Assembly (NCBI GenBank): GCA_963843555.1
Contig: CAWJKV010000003.1
Coordinates: 64,001-128,000, forward strand
DNA length: 64,000 bases
Source of the DNA: an uncultured Methanosarcinales archaeon
Lineage (GTDB): Archaea; Halobacteriota; Methanosarcinia; Methanotrichales; Methanotrichaceae
Direction of reading: 5' to 3'
This document shows positions 62,015 through 64,000 of this stretch, piece after piece. The translations under genes were made by a program, and so were the position numbers. Position 1 is the stretch's first letter, and every line of letters starts with the position of its first letter. Under the pieces are notes generated by a model. It was not told the origin of the DNA. It did no database searches and was given only the letters and a program-made list of their open reading frames with translations.

Positions 62015-63445
62015 TCAAGCGTTCTCTTTTGTTGCTTCTAGAATGTATTCAGAGAGCTTGGTCTGGGCCGCCATGCACTTCTCGCCCGGAATCTCCACCG
62101 GATATAATCCAGTCAGACATCCCATGCAGAGGTTCTCTTTGGGTATGCCTACCGCATCCACCAATCCCTTGTGGCTTACATAGCCCAGGGAGTCGGCATT
62201 GATGACCGCCTCGACACCAGCAACCGTCTTGTAGGCAGCAATCAGCTCCTCGCGGCTGGCCATGTCGATGCCAAGGTAGCAGGGAGCAAGGATGGGCGGG
62301 CTGCCTATGCGGACGTGCACTTCCTCGGCGCCTGCTTTTCGGACCATATTCACGATCCTCCGGCTGGTGGTGCCCCGCACAATTGAATCATCTACCATGA
62401 CCAATTTGTGGCCCTCGATGTTGGGCCGGATGGTATTCATCTTCAGGCGAACGGCCGCCTCCCGCATGCTCTGATCGGGCATGATGAAGGTTCTGCCTAT
62501 GTAGCGATTCTTCATCAGACACTCCCGGTATCTGATCCCGGATCGCTGGTGGTATCCCACGGCCAGAGTTATGCCCGAATCTGGAATGGGCGTGACGGTG
62601 TCCGCACAGGCCGGATGCTCTTTGGCCAGGTTGGAGCCGATGTTCACTCTCACATCGTAGATCAGCCGCCCATCCATGATGCTGTCCGGCCGGGCGAAGT
62701 AGATGTACTCGAATATGCAGTGAGCCGGATGGGGAAGTCGCGCCAGTTGGTAGGACTTCATCTCACCATGCCTGATAACCACGAGCTCGCCGGGCATAAC
62801 ATCGCGGATGAGGCGGCCGTTCAGCGTATCTATGGCCACGCTCTCTGAGGCCACCATGAAGCCGGAGTCGATCTCGCCAATGCAAAGAGGCTTGATCCCC
62901 AGCGGGTCGCGCACGGCCAGGACCGTATCTCCCCACAAAAAGACGAGCGAATAGGAGCCCACGATCTTGCGCATCAAAGCGCGAACTGCTTCTTGAAGGT
63001 CATAACGCAAGAGCTCTTTTACAAAAAGGTGTGCGATAACTTCGGTGTCAGAGGTAGAATAGAATATGTCCCCTGCCTGCTCCAGTTGCTCTCGAAGCTG
63101 ACAGGAGTTGACCAGATTTCCGTTGTGCGCTATGGCAATAGCCCCGTCTTTGTATTTTACCAACAAAGGCTGGCTATTTTCGATGCACGATCTGCCTGAG
63201 GTCGGATACCTGACGTGGCCGATGCCCACCTGACCGCGCAGCATGGCAATCTGAGCATCGTCGAATACTTCCGATACAAGACCCATACCCCGGTGGGTGC
63301 GGATGGATTTGCCATCGTGCACCGATATGCCTGCCGCCTCTTGTCCCCGATGTTGCAGGGCATAGAGGGCGTAATAAATGGACTTGGCTACGTTATTGCC
63401 CGTCTCATTGAAGGAAATCCCGACAACGCCGCAGGCATCGTGCAA
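62015..63445 (-). CDS. purF: Amidophosphoribosyltransferase
   Basis: MHDA-CGVVG, LQHRGQEAAG, GHVRYPT, CIFEYIYFARPDS and VDDSIVRGTT motifs. Confidence 0.97.
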   Translation of the reverse strand: MHDACGVVGISFNETGNNVAKSIYYALYALQHRGQEAAGISVHDGKSIRTHRGMGLVSEVFDDAQIAMLRGQVGIGHVRYPTSGRSCIENSQPLLVKYKDGAIAIAHNGNLVNSCQLREQLEQAGDIFYSTSDTEVIAHLFVKELLRYDLQEAVRALMRKIVGSYSLVFLWGDTVLAVRDPLGIKPLCIGEIDSGFMVASESVAIDTLNGRLIRDVMPGELVVIRHGEMKSYQLARLPHPAHCIFEYIYFARPDSIMDGRLIYDVRVNIGSNLAKEHPACADTVTPIPDSGITLAVGYHQRSGIRYRECLMKNRYIGRTFIMPDQSMREAAVRLKMNTIRPNIEGHKLVMVDDSIVRGTTSRRIVNMVRKAGAEEVHVRIGSPPILAPCYLGIDMASREELIAAYKTVAGVEAVINADSLGYVSHKGLVDAVGIPKENLCMGCLTGLYPVEIPGEKCMAAQTKLSEYILEATKENA

Positions 63446-63455
63446 CTTTTTTCCT

Positions 63456-63626
63456 CTAGTAATCCGCCTTTCTCATCCACTTGTAACTTCTGAGCTTTGT
63501 AGAATTGCCAAAGCCGCACTTAACGCATACTTTTCTCTTGAAATTGAACGAGATACTGCCACAGCGTCTGCATCTGATATGAGAACTCTTGTGGCGCCTG
63601 CCCATTGAAGGAGTACCCTTGGTCAT
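63456..63626 (-). CDS. rpl37e: 50S ribosomal protein L37e (absent from the ORF track because it is <60 aa)
   Basis: Manual translation gives [23 protein letters not shown]...CVKCGFG...RSYKW, 56 aa. Confidence 0.96.
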   Translation of the reverse strand: MTKGTPSMGRRHKSSHIRCRRCGSISFNFKRKVCVKCGFGNSTKLRSYKWMRKADY

Positions 63627-63636
63627 CTAAAACACC

Positions 63637-63999
<363 letters not shown>

Positions 64000-64000
64000 C

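Overview
This 64-kb window is from a methanogenic archaeon. Gene content and protein style suggest Methanosarcinales, most likely Methanothrix (Methanosaeta); this is an inference. Many genes, including conserved housekeeping ones, carry 1-nt indels, which points to an under-polished long-read assembly rather than true pseudogenes. In order, the window holds: (1) about 18 kb of surface-glycan genes (FnlA/FnlC-like enzymes, a flippase, 5 glycosyltransferases, glmS, two glmU-like genes and a WbpA/B/E/D/I-like di-N-acetylated uronic acid pathway); (2) a carbon-metabolism cluster with a two-subunit AOR-family oxidoreductase, archaeal FBP aldolase/phosphatase, a bacterial-type class II aldolase and class I FBPase, and a divergent form III-like RuBisCO; (3) the A1AO ATP synthase operon HIKECFABD; (4) an MFS pump, ATP-NAD kinase family gene, trpB2, leuC/hacA and truA; (5) an 11-kb accessory region in which diverged copies of the truA 3' end separate cassettes (an orphan gene, two PIN toxin-antitoxin pairs, and a putative usher-less pilin/chaperone/adhesin cluster); (6) housekeeping genes (SDR, MBL hydrolase, thioredoxin, ahbA, ahbD, asd, gamma-carbonic anhydrase, OFA-type MFS, purF, rpl37e, lsm). 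The best candidates for novelty are the truA-tail cassette array, the chaperone/pilin-like cluster, and the GOR-like/RuBisCO/dual-FBP locus.
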